A stretch of 63,394 nt of DNA, counting the filler, from Lenisia limosa (taxonomy: Eukaryota; Protista; Breviatea): the NCBI GenBank assembly GCA_001655205.1. It is 12 parts of 12 records of this genome, joined end to end, with 100 filler letters (N's around TTAATTAATTAA, not from the genome) between each part and the next. Parts side by side here need not be neighbours in the genome. Positions count along the whole stretch, not along the records: positions 1 to 10,778 come from LPNZ01001472.1; positions 10,879 to 14,869 come from LPNZ01009745.1; 10 more parts are not named here. One strand, given 5' to 3'. This document shows, piece after piece, positions 1-11,499 of the stretch. The stretch's first letter is position 1; each line of letters begins with the position of its first letter. Below the pieces are notes generated by a model that saw only the letters and a list, made by a program, of their open reading frames with translations, searched no databases and was not told where the DNA came from. The position numbers were made by a program, and so were the translations under genes.

Positions 1-410
1 CTAATAATTCCATGCTGTACTCAAAAGATCCTACTGCTGGCTTTGGTGACGATGATAATGTGGTAATTGAAAGAGGTCAAAATATTGTCCCAATCATTAC
101 AGAGGAGGAAGCATTTAGAGAAATTGTGAAGAAACGGATTCAAGAAGAGGCTGATAAAGCTAAAGAAGACAGAAGGAAGAAAAACCGACTGAATGATGCT
201 GATGGAATTGAGGAAGGTGCTAAACGTGCTAATGCTATTGTAAACGATGTTGCTATTGGAAGAACTCGCGGCCGTGGGGGGAGAGGTAGAGGAAGAGGAA
301 GAGGTACTGCTGCTGTGATTGTTGATGAAAATTCTCCTGTAACTGCTCGCGGTCGAGGTCGTGGAGTTCGCGGAAAGAGAGGGGTGGGCACCCGTGCTCG
401 TGGTCGCTAG
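1..410 (+). CDS. 3' end of a protein with a charged helix and RG/RGG-rich C-terminus; function unknown, 5' part outside window
   Basis: ORF 12..410 ending TAG; GRTRGRGGRGRGRGRG repeats. Confidence 0.6.
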   Translation, partial: NNSMLYSKDPTAGFGDDDNVVIERGQNIVPIITEEEAFREIVKKRIQEEADKAKEDRRKKNRLNDADGIEEGAKRANAIVNDVAIGRTRGRGGRGRGRGRGTAAVIVDENSPVTARGRGRGVRGKRGVGTRARGR

Positions 411-620
411 TCTTGTTTCAATACATTTTTTTTGAAGATTATCTTTAGGTGCCTTTCCAATCAACAAGTAATGAAATGTCATTTTAATTTTCAGTTCAGC
501 TTTAAAATGATCAAGATATTTGTGAGTAAAGTGATTACATCCCCTTTTTCTTGAAGCCTGATTAGCGTAATTGAGTTTTTGAGTAAAAATGGGGGATTTT
601 TTCAAAAAAATAGTTGACCA

Positions 621-672
621 GAGTTCACACTCAGATTGGTGTTCACACTCATATTGGTGTTCACACTCAGAT
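621..672. repeat. Three 18-bp tandem units GTTCACACTCAKATTGGT
   Basis: Visible directly. Confidence 0.85.
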
Positions 673-679
673 AGGGCGC

Positions 680-1870
680 CTTACATAGGTACTTAACAAA
701 ACCTGCTACGGATACTATCACAGGAGCAAGTGGATTGTCTACACTATTAATCAAAAAAATTATGTTCTCTTTAAGAGCGGATTGATATCAATATGTATAT
801 CTCATTTATTAAAACCTACCATCTGTTCCAGAATTGAACAAAGTTTGAATAGAGACAATTTGGTTACCATCCAGTCCATCAGAGAACTGAAAAAGTAACA
901 TACGCAACTGGAGTTGACCAGTTGTAAAATTGAAAAAATATACTGAATATTGAATAATTGAATATTAAATTATAATTATTGACAACGAACCGGATAGCCT
1001 GAAAGAGCTTCTTTGAATGGCTTGATAACGGAAGTTGTTAAACAAGACTGAGGGAAGANNNNNNNNNNATTATATGCATATATGATATACTATGACAAAC
1101 AAGCGTATTGCGATACATCCTTGACCCACTGTTCCAGCATCAGCCTTGACATCAAGCCAGAAACTGTCCTGCCCCTCAACTCTGGAGTGAAGGTCGCTGA
1201 TTTGTTGCATTGACTTCACATGGGCAAGTTGTAGCCCCTATAGATAAGAAAATAGTTTAGCAATCGTGAAAAAAGCTGAAAAACTGCTTCCTCAAAAAAA
1301 CAGGTTGAGTGTCCGCGTTTGAACAGTAAGTGTTCGCACCCTCCCATGTATATACATATATATTATTACTATGTGTGTAATTTACAATACCATAGTTTCC
1401 TTGCAGTTCTTATTGCATCCCATATCGTCTAAAATAGTGAAGAATCTCAAGTGTAAAGTAGTATGATACTATATAGTATGTACTTTTTATAGAGAGAGAC
1501 TTCATATTATATCAAAAGCGCTACTGTTATATGGGGGCATATTTTCTTTACCAATCTCACCTTTTCTGCAGCAATGTGGAGTGTGGTGCATCCCTGGATA
1601 GGTTAGTTTTCACCTCTCCCAAAGAAATAGCCTTTTCACAGCTCTACCAACTGCTCATTCTTTCATAATGGATACCCACAAACGTATTCGTTGTAGTAGT
1701 TGATGATGTTATTGTAGTCGCCATTGTAGCTAAGTAGTCAATAATTAGTAGAGATACGGTCCCCCATAGATTACTGAAACAGTGCTTACACTGAAAGGTC
1801 CATGTATGGCTTTTTGTTGTCAAAACGATGATACTTTTCATCTAGTCTTCTTCTTCCTCTTCCTCCTTGN
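680..1870 (-). CDS. Multi-exon hypothetical protein with one ankyrin-like motif
   Basis: Minus-strand GT-AG exons splice to ...MDLSV|YNGDYNNIINYYNEY|GCTTLHIAAEK|TIWDAIRTARKL; further exons near 1120-1240 and 820-890; gene ends uncertain. Confidence 0.4.
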
Positions 1871-2185
1871 NNNNNNNNNAAGTTAATGGCCATTCGAACT
1901 GCCTGAATTTGTTAAAACATACATTTATATTCGTAAGTCATAATTTGTTTTGATTATGAGAAGGTACCATTTCGAGAATATCATAAAGTTACCTTAAACT
2001 TGGACTTATTGATGATATGTTCTGAGTTTCTGCTCTAAGTAAAATTAGTTGAAGGGCCTTGGGTACCAAAATTGAAATTGGCCTCTGACTGATATTTGAT
2101 CAAATACAAGAAAGAGTTTGCTGGTAAATGTTTAGTTTTCTCCTGTTGGAGGATATGACGCCTTTACATCCAAAAGTGAAACCCA

Positions 2186-2544
2186 TTAGAAATTTATCGA
2201 ACTCCTCAATACTCCCACCAAATGATCTTCTTCAAGAAATAATGCGTTCTGGAGGCTTTGAACGTAATTCTCATATGTACGAACCTATAGCGTAACATCT
2301 ATCATCCTGTACAGTACTATAATACTGACATTATTACCTTTTTCACAGACTTCCAATTGACAAGAGAGATAGCAGCCTTAATATTGTTCACCATCGCAAA
2401 GTCATCAGGTTGCTTTAAGTTTGAGTATTGTCCATTAGCACCTAAAGCGATATCAGATTCCACTGAAGACCCTTTGGCGTGAATGAATCCTAAAGATTGG
2501 CTAACTGGGAGCTTTAAATGCGGTCTTACTATTCCTGATGACAA
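2186..2544 (-). CDS. C-terminal exons of a hypothetical protein
   Basis: ORF 2317..2544 ends at donor AAG|GTAATA; next exon after gctatag reads VRTYENYVQSLQNALFLEEDHLVGVLRSSINF-TAA. Confidence 0.45.
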
Positions 2545-3150
2545 AAAACCTTGTCAAGAGCCGCAAGGTAAAGAAGCTACATATTTATTAAACAATAAAT
2601 GATTTCTATGCTCTATATTATCAAAAAACAAATATATTTTCAAAAAAATTTGTTCAAGAGGAACGTTAATATAATTGAAATAGAAGGGGATGGTAATTTT
2701 CCTTATATCTGGATTGAAGATGTTGAACCTGCCCGGTAACTGCTGTGAAATCTTGAAATATTAATATTGTCTTAAAATTCTTTATTAGGAAACATAATAC
2801 TAAGTCATATTTTAACAGTCACAGTTATATTTAATAAGAATTCCAAAGTCCACCAAATGCAAATTCAAATTCAAATGATCTTGTTATAACCTGAAATTCT
2901 GCTAGATCCGCCTTTCTCCTACTCAATCATTCTCATTAGTAGTTTTGTTCGTCGTTTCCACTCCTCGGATTACTGGATAAGGGATAAGGCGGTGCGCTGG
3001 TTCAGTGGTTTTGTGTTGGACCAGTGTATATATATATAAGAAGTGATGGAATCACTTCAATTTGACAACAATAGCTTGTATTCCTGTTAACTAGGTGTTT
3101 TTGCGTTTTTACATTTCGATATAACGATATAACGAGGCGAGGTGGCGAAA

Positions 3151-6100
3151 ATGGACCTCGATCCGTTTTCTATCAACCCTTCAAGCCAGCCCCCAGGCAG
3201 CACTCTTGCCCCTAACACGTCAAATGAACCAGAAAACAATGAATCACCGGCGACCAATCTCTTTGACTCCGTCACCCCCATTCCCATTATCAAACAGCCC
3301 GACGAAGATCACACAGCAGAAGCACAGTCGGACGACGTGCTAATATCCCTTTCAAACTCACCAAATACACTGACACCGATGAAAGTGAAAGGGATGAGAT
3401 GAGATACTGAAATATTATATAATTTTTAATTATCCTTGAGATTCCCCGTTTTTTTTTTTTCATATTGTTGCGATTAATGCACCGATATTTTCTTCCATTG
3501 ATCTTTTGTAGCCTGTTTGTAATCCCCCTCTTTTGGTGACTCCAAATTCATTTGATAATGAGATGGTATGAAAAGGATAATTGTTTTCTGTCAAAGTTCA
3601 TTCTGGGTGCTTGTGGGATGACCATTTTTTAATAGTATATAATAATTACACAGATGTAAAGGGCCAATTTAACAAAGCAACCTTTTGCTATTCTATTTTC
3701 TTGTTTAACTTGTTATAGTTCCTTTCATTTCTGATTCAGGGTTCACAGTATGATCTCACAATCTTAGGAATGTGATAACATCGGTCTTCTCCCAGCAGCC
3801 ACGCCGTCCCCCCCTCGATCGCCTTCTCCTTACACTCCAGTGTATGTTGAGTCATTTAACTTTCTTTCGATAAGGACCTCACTACGATTAGAAAGAGTGG
3901 AAAACATCGAAGTATTTCAAATATTTTTTTGCAGAAATGAGTGCCTCTATGGAACGAAGTGAAGCCCTACTTGCAATAAACCACCTATATAGTTGACCTT
4001 TTTAGAACGCCCAGATTGCCAGAAAGGTCCCAGTCGCGAATGGGAAGATTATTGGAACGAAACTGGTTTGCTGGGCAAGATTGTTGGGTACACATTAGTA
4101 TTCAACAGCTCTTTTATAATGTGGAAGAAGATGATTCCTTGACCACATAAATGCGCTAATCGTTCTCATTTGCTTCTTGGTTATCATTTATTGTCAAAGA
4201 GAGGGGGGGGGGGCTTCAAGTTGATCATGATAAAGACTTGGTGATCAAATTGAAGCAGTATTTCATAAACAATATTGGTACTCTCTTCATCAAATCACTG
4301 TATTAGGAGAAAGCTAGAGGAAGAACACAACCCTGTTTCAAACGATGTATTTTCTAGGTATGCGTCATCAGGTCCTCATTTCAAGTTTTTTTCTGCACAT
4401 CAATAGATTTTGCGCTCTCAAGGCTACCTTAAGTGGAACATTGGAGATTTATTTTATGTCTTTAATTTTCTGATATAATGACAGATGTCATTGACTAATG
4501 AAACCATAATTTATTTTTCCCCATGAATCTTCTAATTTTGAGCTTTTAGTGTGGATCAGCAGTATGCTCCGCGTCCAAGAAAAGGGCCCGGTCAAACCAA
4601 AATCGAAAAGGTCAAGGCTCTGATCCAGGAACAACAGGTTGGTCTTCACTACCTAGTATGTGTTTATTTTCGCCATTGCAGTTTATAGCATAGTATAATT
4701 TACCAAACGCAGGTCTGGATTTTGATCGTTCTTGTTGGTGTCATTTCTGCCCTCAGCGCTTTGGCAGTCGACGTCACTATTGATTTCTTAATGAACTGTT
4801 AGTGGAGGGTTATTGCTGATTGAAATGAATAGAGTGATACTCTAGTGAATACGTTTATCACAATGTATGAAGAACTAATGTAATAAATGAAATATTTCCT
4901 TTAAATGGGAAGAAAGAAATAGTTTTTGAAAAAATTTATAATAGTTTGGCCATATTTTAGGAGTATGTACGTTCAGTAGTCATACTCTATTCCCTTTTCT
5001 CGTATCTATAATCTTCTTCAAGGTCGTGACAAGATCTTTGACTTGACTGATGTGGTGCCTCTTCAACTCGTCATGTTCCTCTCGTTTTCTCTGCTCTTTG
5101 GCATGTGAGCAAATGTAAAATTCAGATATTGTACTATCACACGTTTATATTAGTTATTTCAAATCGCAAATTGTGTCCTTCCTGTTGTCAGGATCACAGC
5201 ACTTTTAACCAAAATTATTTTTCAAGCTCTATGATGCCTTCTGTAACCTTTTCAGGGCCAGTGTCAGCGCGACCAAGTACATTTCTCCGCACGCAGCAGG
5301 CTCGGGAATCCCCCAGCTCAAGTGCATCCTATCTGGCGTTCTTATTGACCATTATCTTTCATTCCGTACCTTGTTCGCTAAAGTTCTCTCACTCATTGCC
5401 AGCTTCGCTTCAGGTATGCTACTGGTGTTAGGAAGTGATCTTTAGTACCCTTTATGAGAGTAAAACTGTTTGTTATTATTGAGGTGTTTGTGTTGTTGAA
5501 GGGATTGTTCTTCCATTTATTTGATTTTTCGTATTTCTTTCCTTTTTAACCCCCTCCCCCACAGGACTCTCAATCGGAAGAGAGGGGCCCTTTGTCCACA
5601 TTTCGGCTATTATCGCAAACACTTTGAGTGACATTCCGATATTCTCTGATGTAAAAAATGTTGGCAATGATGGAAGGGGTTAATGTCTCTAATCACCATT
5701 GATATTGGACTGGGCTTTACCGCGTTGACTTATAATTACGGCATTAGTAAAGAAATTCGATATCAAACTTCATAAGCAGCACCCCATTAGCAAGACGATC
5801 CGTGTTACCATTTTTGTTACTGCTTTAGAGCCCGTTCCTCCGTAAGCAGATTCTGACATCCGCGTGTGCAGTGGGTGTGGCGTCAGTTTTTGGCGCTCCT
5901 GTTGGAGGTAGCTGGGTTAGGTAGTAATGCGTTTTCTCTGTTTTTCTCTTTCACCATTTACTTGAATGGCATTGATTTTAAAAAAGTATTGACAGTATGT
6001 TCCCTTTGCATCATCAATATTTATCAATACATCCTTCCCTCCCGATTTCATCATTCAGGCTGTCTCTTTGCTATTGAGGTCACGGCAACCTACTTCCTGA

Positions 6101-9100
6101 TGAAGGACCTTTGGCAGACCTTTTTCTGCGCTGTAGTGGGCGCCTTGGTGTTCCACTTTGTTTCGATTGGAGGTACGTTGTTTTTTTTTTGCCTCCTTCC
6201 TTTGTGTAACTTCTTATTTGGTATCAGATGAAGTGAACTTCCTCATTTTATATATTAGACCCCCGGAGCACTTTGTTCCACACCGACTTCGAAAGTTTAC
6301 CGTACAATAAGCTCGAAATGTTCTCATACGTCTTCCTCGGGATCATCTGCGGTAAGACGCTGTTTTCGAGAACTTTGCATCATAAAATGTTACTATTTAT
6401 TATGGAAATTACTTTAGTAATTGGATTCCCGTTTATCCACCCATTATGAATGGAATGGGAAAAAAGATTTTTTCGGAATTTTTCGATATGTTATTGGATT
6501 TTTGGACCATATTTATTTAAACATTGCTTTTGTTCATTTAGCATTAATTTCAACAGGAATCTTATCAGTGGTGTTTGTTATGTGTACTGTTTTCTTCGCT
6601 TCAATACGGAGACAAAATACCTTCCTTAAGAAGCACCCCATCATGAGTACTCTGGCATGTGTGGTGCTAACAGCAATGCTCTCTTTCCCGTTCAGGTTCA
6701 TGCTGGTAGGTAGTATTGGAGCTTGAGATACCTGTAAAATAATACATATTGTAAGGAAACTTACTTTTTATTTATTAATACTGATGGTATGGATGGCTTC
6801 GGGCAGATGTATCCTGATTGTATAGTTTGCATCTTGTTTACCGTCTAGTGGTCGCATGACGAAACCATTTCAAGTTTATTTTCTGCAGACAAAATGGACT
6901 CATGGGGTTTGGACAGTAGGAGGGAATTAGAAAGAAGGGGATATCGCTTTATTTTGCTCAATAAATACCAAGAACGGACTGACATTCTTAGATATCGCCC
7001 TTGAGCTCGTAATCTTCATTATTTTGAAGGTATGGTTTCTAAATAGCATAACATATGACGATATACGATGTAACTCAGTAGTTTATCCTGACATCCACGG
7101 CTATTGGGCTTCCCCTCGCATGTGGCCTCTACACTCCGGTTTTTGCTTTGGGTAGGGGCGTCTTCATTAAATGGTTAATTATTTTCATATAATTCAATGT
7201 ATGTATATACTCTTTTTTTTTGGGGGGGGGGGGGCACTGNNNNNNNNNNNNNNNNNNNNNNNNNNNNNNNNNNNNNNNNNNNNNNNNNNNNNNNNNNNNT
7301 CATAAAGGCCCAAAATCATGTATTATTAATTACATGAAATACATCGTCCTTGTTTTCTCCCACGACATCACAAGTTATGGCACCCATATATTGCCCATTG
7401 CTGAGGCAATTATTTTTTGTCATACTTGCTTTGGCCTTTATCTTCGATTCACAACTCAGGTGCAGGACTAGGGCGCTTGTATGGCGAAACACTTCGCAGC
7501 CTAATTTCAGACTCAGTTATTGCAGGTTTGTTGGGGCTTCTCTAGGCAAAGAACTAGTAAAAAAATACCCCAATGTAGTTTGTTATAAATCTGCTCCTGA
7601 TGGGGCGATGGTGTTTTACCCTTCTACTTATTCTGAAAATAAGAAAATATAGGTCTCGTTGTGAAATTATTATTCTCCGTTCAGCAAATACACCTTTTTT
7701 ACCTTCATCTAGGTGGATACGCCGTTGTTGGTGCTGCTGCCTTCACCTCAGGGGTAACTAAAACAGTTTCAACGGCTGTTATTNNNNNNNNNNNNNNNNN
7801 NNNNNNNNNNNNNNNNNNNNNNNNNNNNNNNNNNNNNNNNNNNNNNNNNNNNNNNNNNNNNNNNNNNNNNNNNNNNNNNNNNNNNNNNNNNNNNNNNNNN
7901 NNNNNNNNNNNNNNNNNNNNNNNNNNNNNNNNNNNNNNNNNNNNNNNNNNNNNNNNNNNNNNNNNNNNNNNNNNNNNNNNNNNNNNNNNNNNNNNNNNNN
8001 NNAGGTCACAGGACAATTACACCACATGGTTCCAGTTCTTGTAGCCGTGTTAGTGGCTGTGGTTATGACTAACACTCTGTCAATTTCCATCTACGATGCC
8101 CTGTTGCAGGTTTGATGAACCTTTCACCAGCAATATTATATCTAATATATAGACAGGTGTAGGTTGTATCTTAGTGTTGCCATTCTTTTCTAAATGAAAC
8201 AATAGGATAACAGTGGGAAAAGATATTTAATACAGACTAAACGAAATTGCATATCGATATGTATACATCATTTATTATTCCTATGCTTACTCATGATTCA
8301 TTCCATCCCAGGAACTAATTTTACGTCTTGTCCACCAAACTCACAACCAAAGCTTCACTTAGGTTGAAATAGACTGAATTTCTCGATAAATCACCGAAAA
8401 CTATCGATATTATACTGCTCTTTTTCGTACCGATAAAGCCCTACTCACCACCCAGCTCCGCGGTCTCCCCTTCCTGCCGCCCCTCAAGCGTCAAGTAGCT
8501 TACCACCACACCGCATCCAGCGTCATGGATCATGGCGATAAAATGCCATTCCTGACAAGGTGTTCTACCTATGTGGGAGGGTTGTATACATGCCTATGGA
8601 TAGTACATGTGTGTTACCTATGGCAAGCTGAGAGGGTTATTTCGTTTTCCTTGAAAATTGCTGGAGAGAGGGGGGTAATTTGCATTTGGTTTGTGGTGGT
8701 ATTATATGTGACGCACGTATGATATAATATGTAAACTACATATTATGTATCATATTATATCATATACTATGTTGGAGGGGTGGGGGCTGTCATTCTCATC
8801 GCTATATTTGGGGGGAAGCTATTATTTCGTACTAATAGTAATAATAGTCATAATACTCATATTCATCACCACTCTGGCTGTTTTTGGTCCGGTTTGGGCC
8901 GAAATTGGGGTGATTGGGTCGTCTCTACACAGTGAGGGGCTGTACCAGGGGTATAATTGTGAATTTCACGAATTGTTTTTGGATTTTTGAAAGGACAAAA
9001 AATGTATTCATCGAAAAAAACATTCACTAGGTGCTCAGAGACCCCAGCCGCAGCTGGGTGAGTACTGGTTAACCAGGCTCAGTCTGTCACACCTCTGTGT

Positions 9101-10778
9101 GATTTCAGGGAAGGGGGAAGAAAGCAATAGTTGTTGAATTTTGAAAGGACAAAAATAGAATATATCGAAAATGAAAAAACACAAACACATAAACTACCAG
9201 TAAATGGAGCAAGAAAAAAGGGGAAAGAGAACAACATGATTAGGTGGCGGCGGCGGGAATGCTAACTAGAAATCTGGGGTACCCTAAACCCAACGAAGTG
9301 CTTTTGCTGTTGAATTTTGAAAGGACAAAAAATGTATTTATCGAAAAATATTCAGTAAACAAAAGATAGAAAAAATACATAGGAGAGCGGCGGCGGAGTG
9401 GACGGGGACGGAATGGAGGTGTGCTCACTTCAAGAGTGGTGCGGCGGGACTTCTGGGCAGGTAAGCAGACTAGAGCGGAATGGTGACTTCTTTTGTGATA
9501 ACTTTCGCGAATTTTTTTATATTTCGAAAAAACTTGCATCGGGAGTGAAAGGATGTTCAGCTTTCGGCTACGGTCATACTCTGGGGGTCATCGCGCATCC
9601 CGTCCGCTCTGCGAACGCAAGCCCCAGCAGGCCTTGGTAGTACTGACGTCGGAGACGAGTCGGGAAGGCAGGGTACTGTAGTTTTATTTTTACTTTTTCT
9701 TTTTCTTTCCTTTTTTTTTTTATTCTCTTTTCTTTTTCCCCCCACGCTCCCCATGGTGCTGAGGTTGACGACAGTCATTATTAAAGTTGCTTTTTTCCCC
9801 CATTCTCACCTGATGCAGATGGACGCGAGTGACATCTTAAAAGAGTCTCCCCAGAACATTTCCTCTTTCCCCATAGTCGACTCAAATAGTTTGCAAGTTT
9901 AATAATTCCAATCTGTTGTGCTTTGTTGAAACGCTTCTGATATGTTTGGAATATTTTGATTATTGTCTTGCTTCCTTCGCTGATTATTTATTAAGGATTT
10001 GGAATCCCTTCATGTGTAATAACTAAACTCAAATCATACTATTTGAATGGACCCTTGCAGCGCCGTTCTTTTTCCATTGAGAGAACAAGCTATATTACCA
10101 TGTCTACCTTCAATTTGACCACCTTCCCCCAGATTTTGGGCTTTGTTGTTTCGTACATTTTCCAAATTTACCCCCCCCCCCANNNNNNNNNNNNNNNNNN
10201 NNNNNNNNNNNNNNNNNNNNNNNNNNNNNNNNNNNNNNNNNNNNNNNNNNNNNNNNNNNNNNNNNNNNNNNNNNNNNNNNNNNGCCATGATCCAGCGCGA
10301 GGACGAGTTTTACAAACGTGGGTCCCGAGGTTACTCCCATACTAGGCTTTTTTTCGCTGAGCATGGATCATTGAAATAAGCAATTCTGATATCGAATCAA
10401 TTTTATATACCGGGCACATATTTTAAGCCTGTATTATTCCCTGCGACTTTTAATATCGAATCAATTGTACATACCGGGCACATATTTTTTTCAAGCCTGT
10501 ATTATTCCTTGAGACTTACTTGTGCAGTTATGAACAGAGAGAACCTGTTTGATGCTGAAGGTTTGATTTCTATTTTGTGTCATCAAGAATACAACTGTAA
10601 AGAACAAATCAAATAGCTCACTGGTTGTGAAAACATGTCAAAAATTTACTTTTATGTACTTTTCGATCGTTGTTTCTGCCCATTTTCACCTTCCACAGCT
10701 CCCAGATACAAAGAAATGGAGAGCTCGTTCTTCTCGCAGCCCTTACCAATGCCTCACTTCATCCTCAAGGCCTTACAT
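3151..10778 (+). CDS. CLCN: CLC-family chloride channel (CLC-1/2-like), multi-exon, with C-terminal CBS region; start tentative, 3' end cut by linker
   Basis: Exons encode GSGIPQLKCILSG (about 5300), GLSIGREGPFVHISA (about 5570), GGCLFAIEVTATYF (about 6060), GLYTPVFALG (about 7120), GGYAVVGAAAFTSGVTKTVSTAVI (7712-7783), TGQLHHMVPVL...SIYDALLQ|LRGLPFLP, and CBS-like SFPIVDS (about 9870). Confidence 0.93.
8971..9350 (+). repeat. Three spaced direct repeats E (about 45 bp) in the CLC intron
   Basis: TTG(G/A)ATTTT(T)GAAAGGACAAAAA..TATCGAAAA-like units near 8975, 9130, 9305. Confidence 0.8.
9025..9070 (+). repeat. Repeat F (about 45 bp hairpin with AG and GTGAGT borders); second copy 54870-54915 on minus strand
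   Basis: CACTAGGTGCTYRGAGACCCCAGCCGCAGCTGGGTGAGTACTGG nearly identical at both loci. Confidence 0.8.
9566..9683 (+). rRNA. 5S rRNA: 5S rRNA gene nested in a CLC intron
   Basis: 118 nt aligning by eye with eukaryotic 5S (CTACGGTCATAC...CATCCCGTCCGCTCTGCGAA..CAAGC...GGTAGTACT..GGAGAC..GGGAA..GGGTACTGTAG); ends pair (GGCUACGG/CUGUAGUU); CTCTGGGG pairs with CCCCAG(C)AG; followed by T-runs (Pol III terminator). Confidence 0.9.
10388..10510. repeat. Two tandem about 63-bp units in a CLC intron
   Basis: ATATCGAATCAATT..ATACCGGGCACATATTTT..AAGCCTGTATTATTCC x2. Confidence 0.85.
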
Positions 10779-10822
10779 NNNNNNNNNNNNNNNNNNNNNN
10801 NNNNNNNNNNNNNNNNNNNNNN

Positions 10823-10834
10823 TTAATTAATTAA
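10823..10834. other. Artificial contig linker TTAATTAATTAA within N runs; others at 14914, 32411, 35005, 40831, 44684, 46724, 48427, 53329, 58510, 62080
   Basis: Identical 12-mer with stops in all six frames, always embedded in N runs; 44 N on each side at this copy. Confidence 0.97.
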
Positions 10835-11499
10835 NNNNNNNNNNNNNNNNNNNNNNNNNNNNNNNNNNNNNNNNNNNNATCATAAATGACACGGTTTCTC
10901 ATAAATGACACGGTTTCCGTGCAGCAGCATATTATATATTATACTATATTATACTAAATATGACTTTTTATATATAGCTAATAGTATATCATATCATATC
11001 AATTCATTTTCAAAAATATTGTTGTTATTGGTTAAATTTCATCATTTGTCCCCCCCCCCCTCTTTCATTTTAAACAGGCAATAAAAAAATNNNNNNNNNN
11101 NNNNNNNNNNNNNNNNNNNNNNNNNNNNNNNNNNNNNNNNNNNNNNNNNNNNNNNNNNNNNNNNNNNNNNNNNNNNNNNNNNNNNNNNNNNNNNNNNNNN
11201 NTCAGGAAGTTTCTAGAATTTATTCTATTTGTTCTAGAACAATCCAAAAGAACTTTGTTCCTGATATTTTTTTGGAAAATATTAATTTATAATTAATTCG
11301 CAATTAATTTCGAATTAATTTCAGAAAAAACTAATTGCACCGACTTCTATTAACAATCTTTAATATGCTGAAGAGATATTAAGTAAATAAAACTACAGTT
11401 ACAGTAAACAGTTTCTCTTTCCTTGATCAGTTTAGATGGCGAAACCTAAACACCATATTGAACATTTTATCTTGGCTNNNNNNNNNNNNNNNNNNNNNN

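Noticed and set aside
1990-2306. About 105-codon minus frame interrupted only by three TGA codons, suggesting TGA recoding
   Set aside because: A canonical acceptor (gctatag) opens a stop-free frame ending in TAA. Trp is TGG in conserved genes, the 972-aa HYDIN ORF has no TGA, and TRAF7 ends in TGA.
10823-10834. TTAATTAATTAA as a biological palindrome or PacI-like site
   Set aside because: Always embedded in N runs; an artificial linker.
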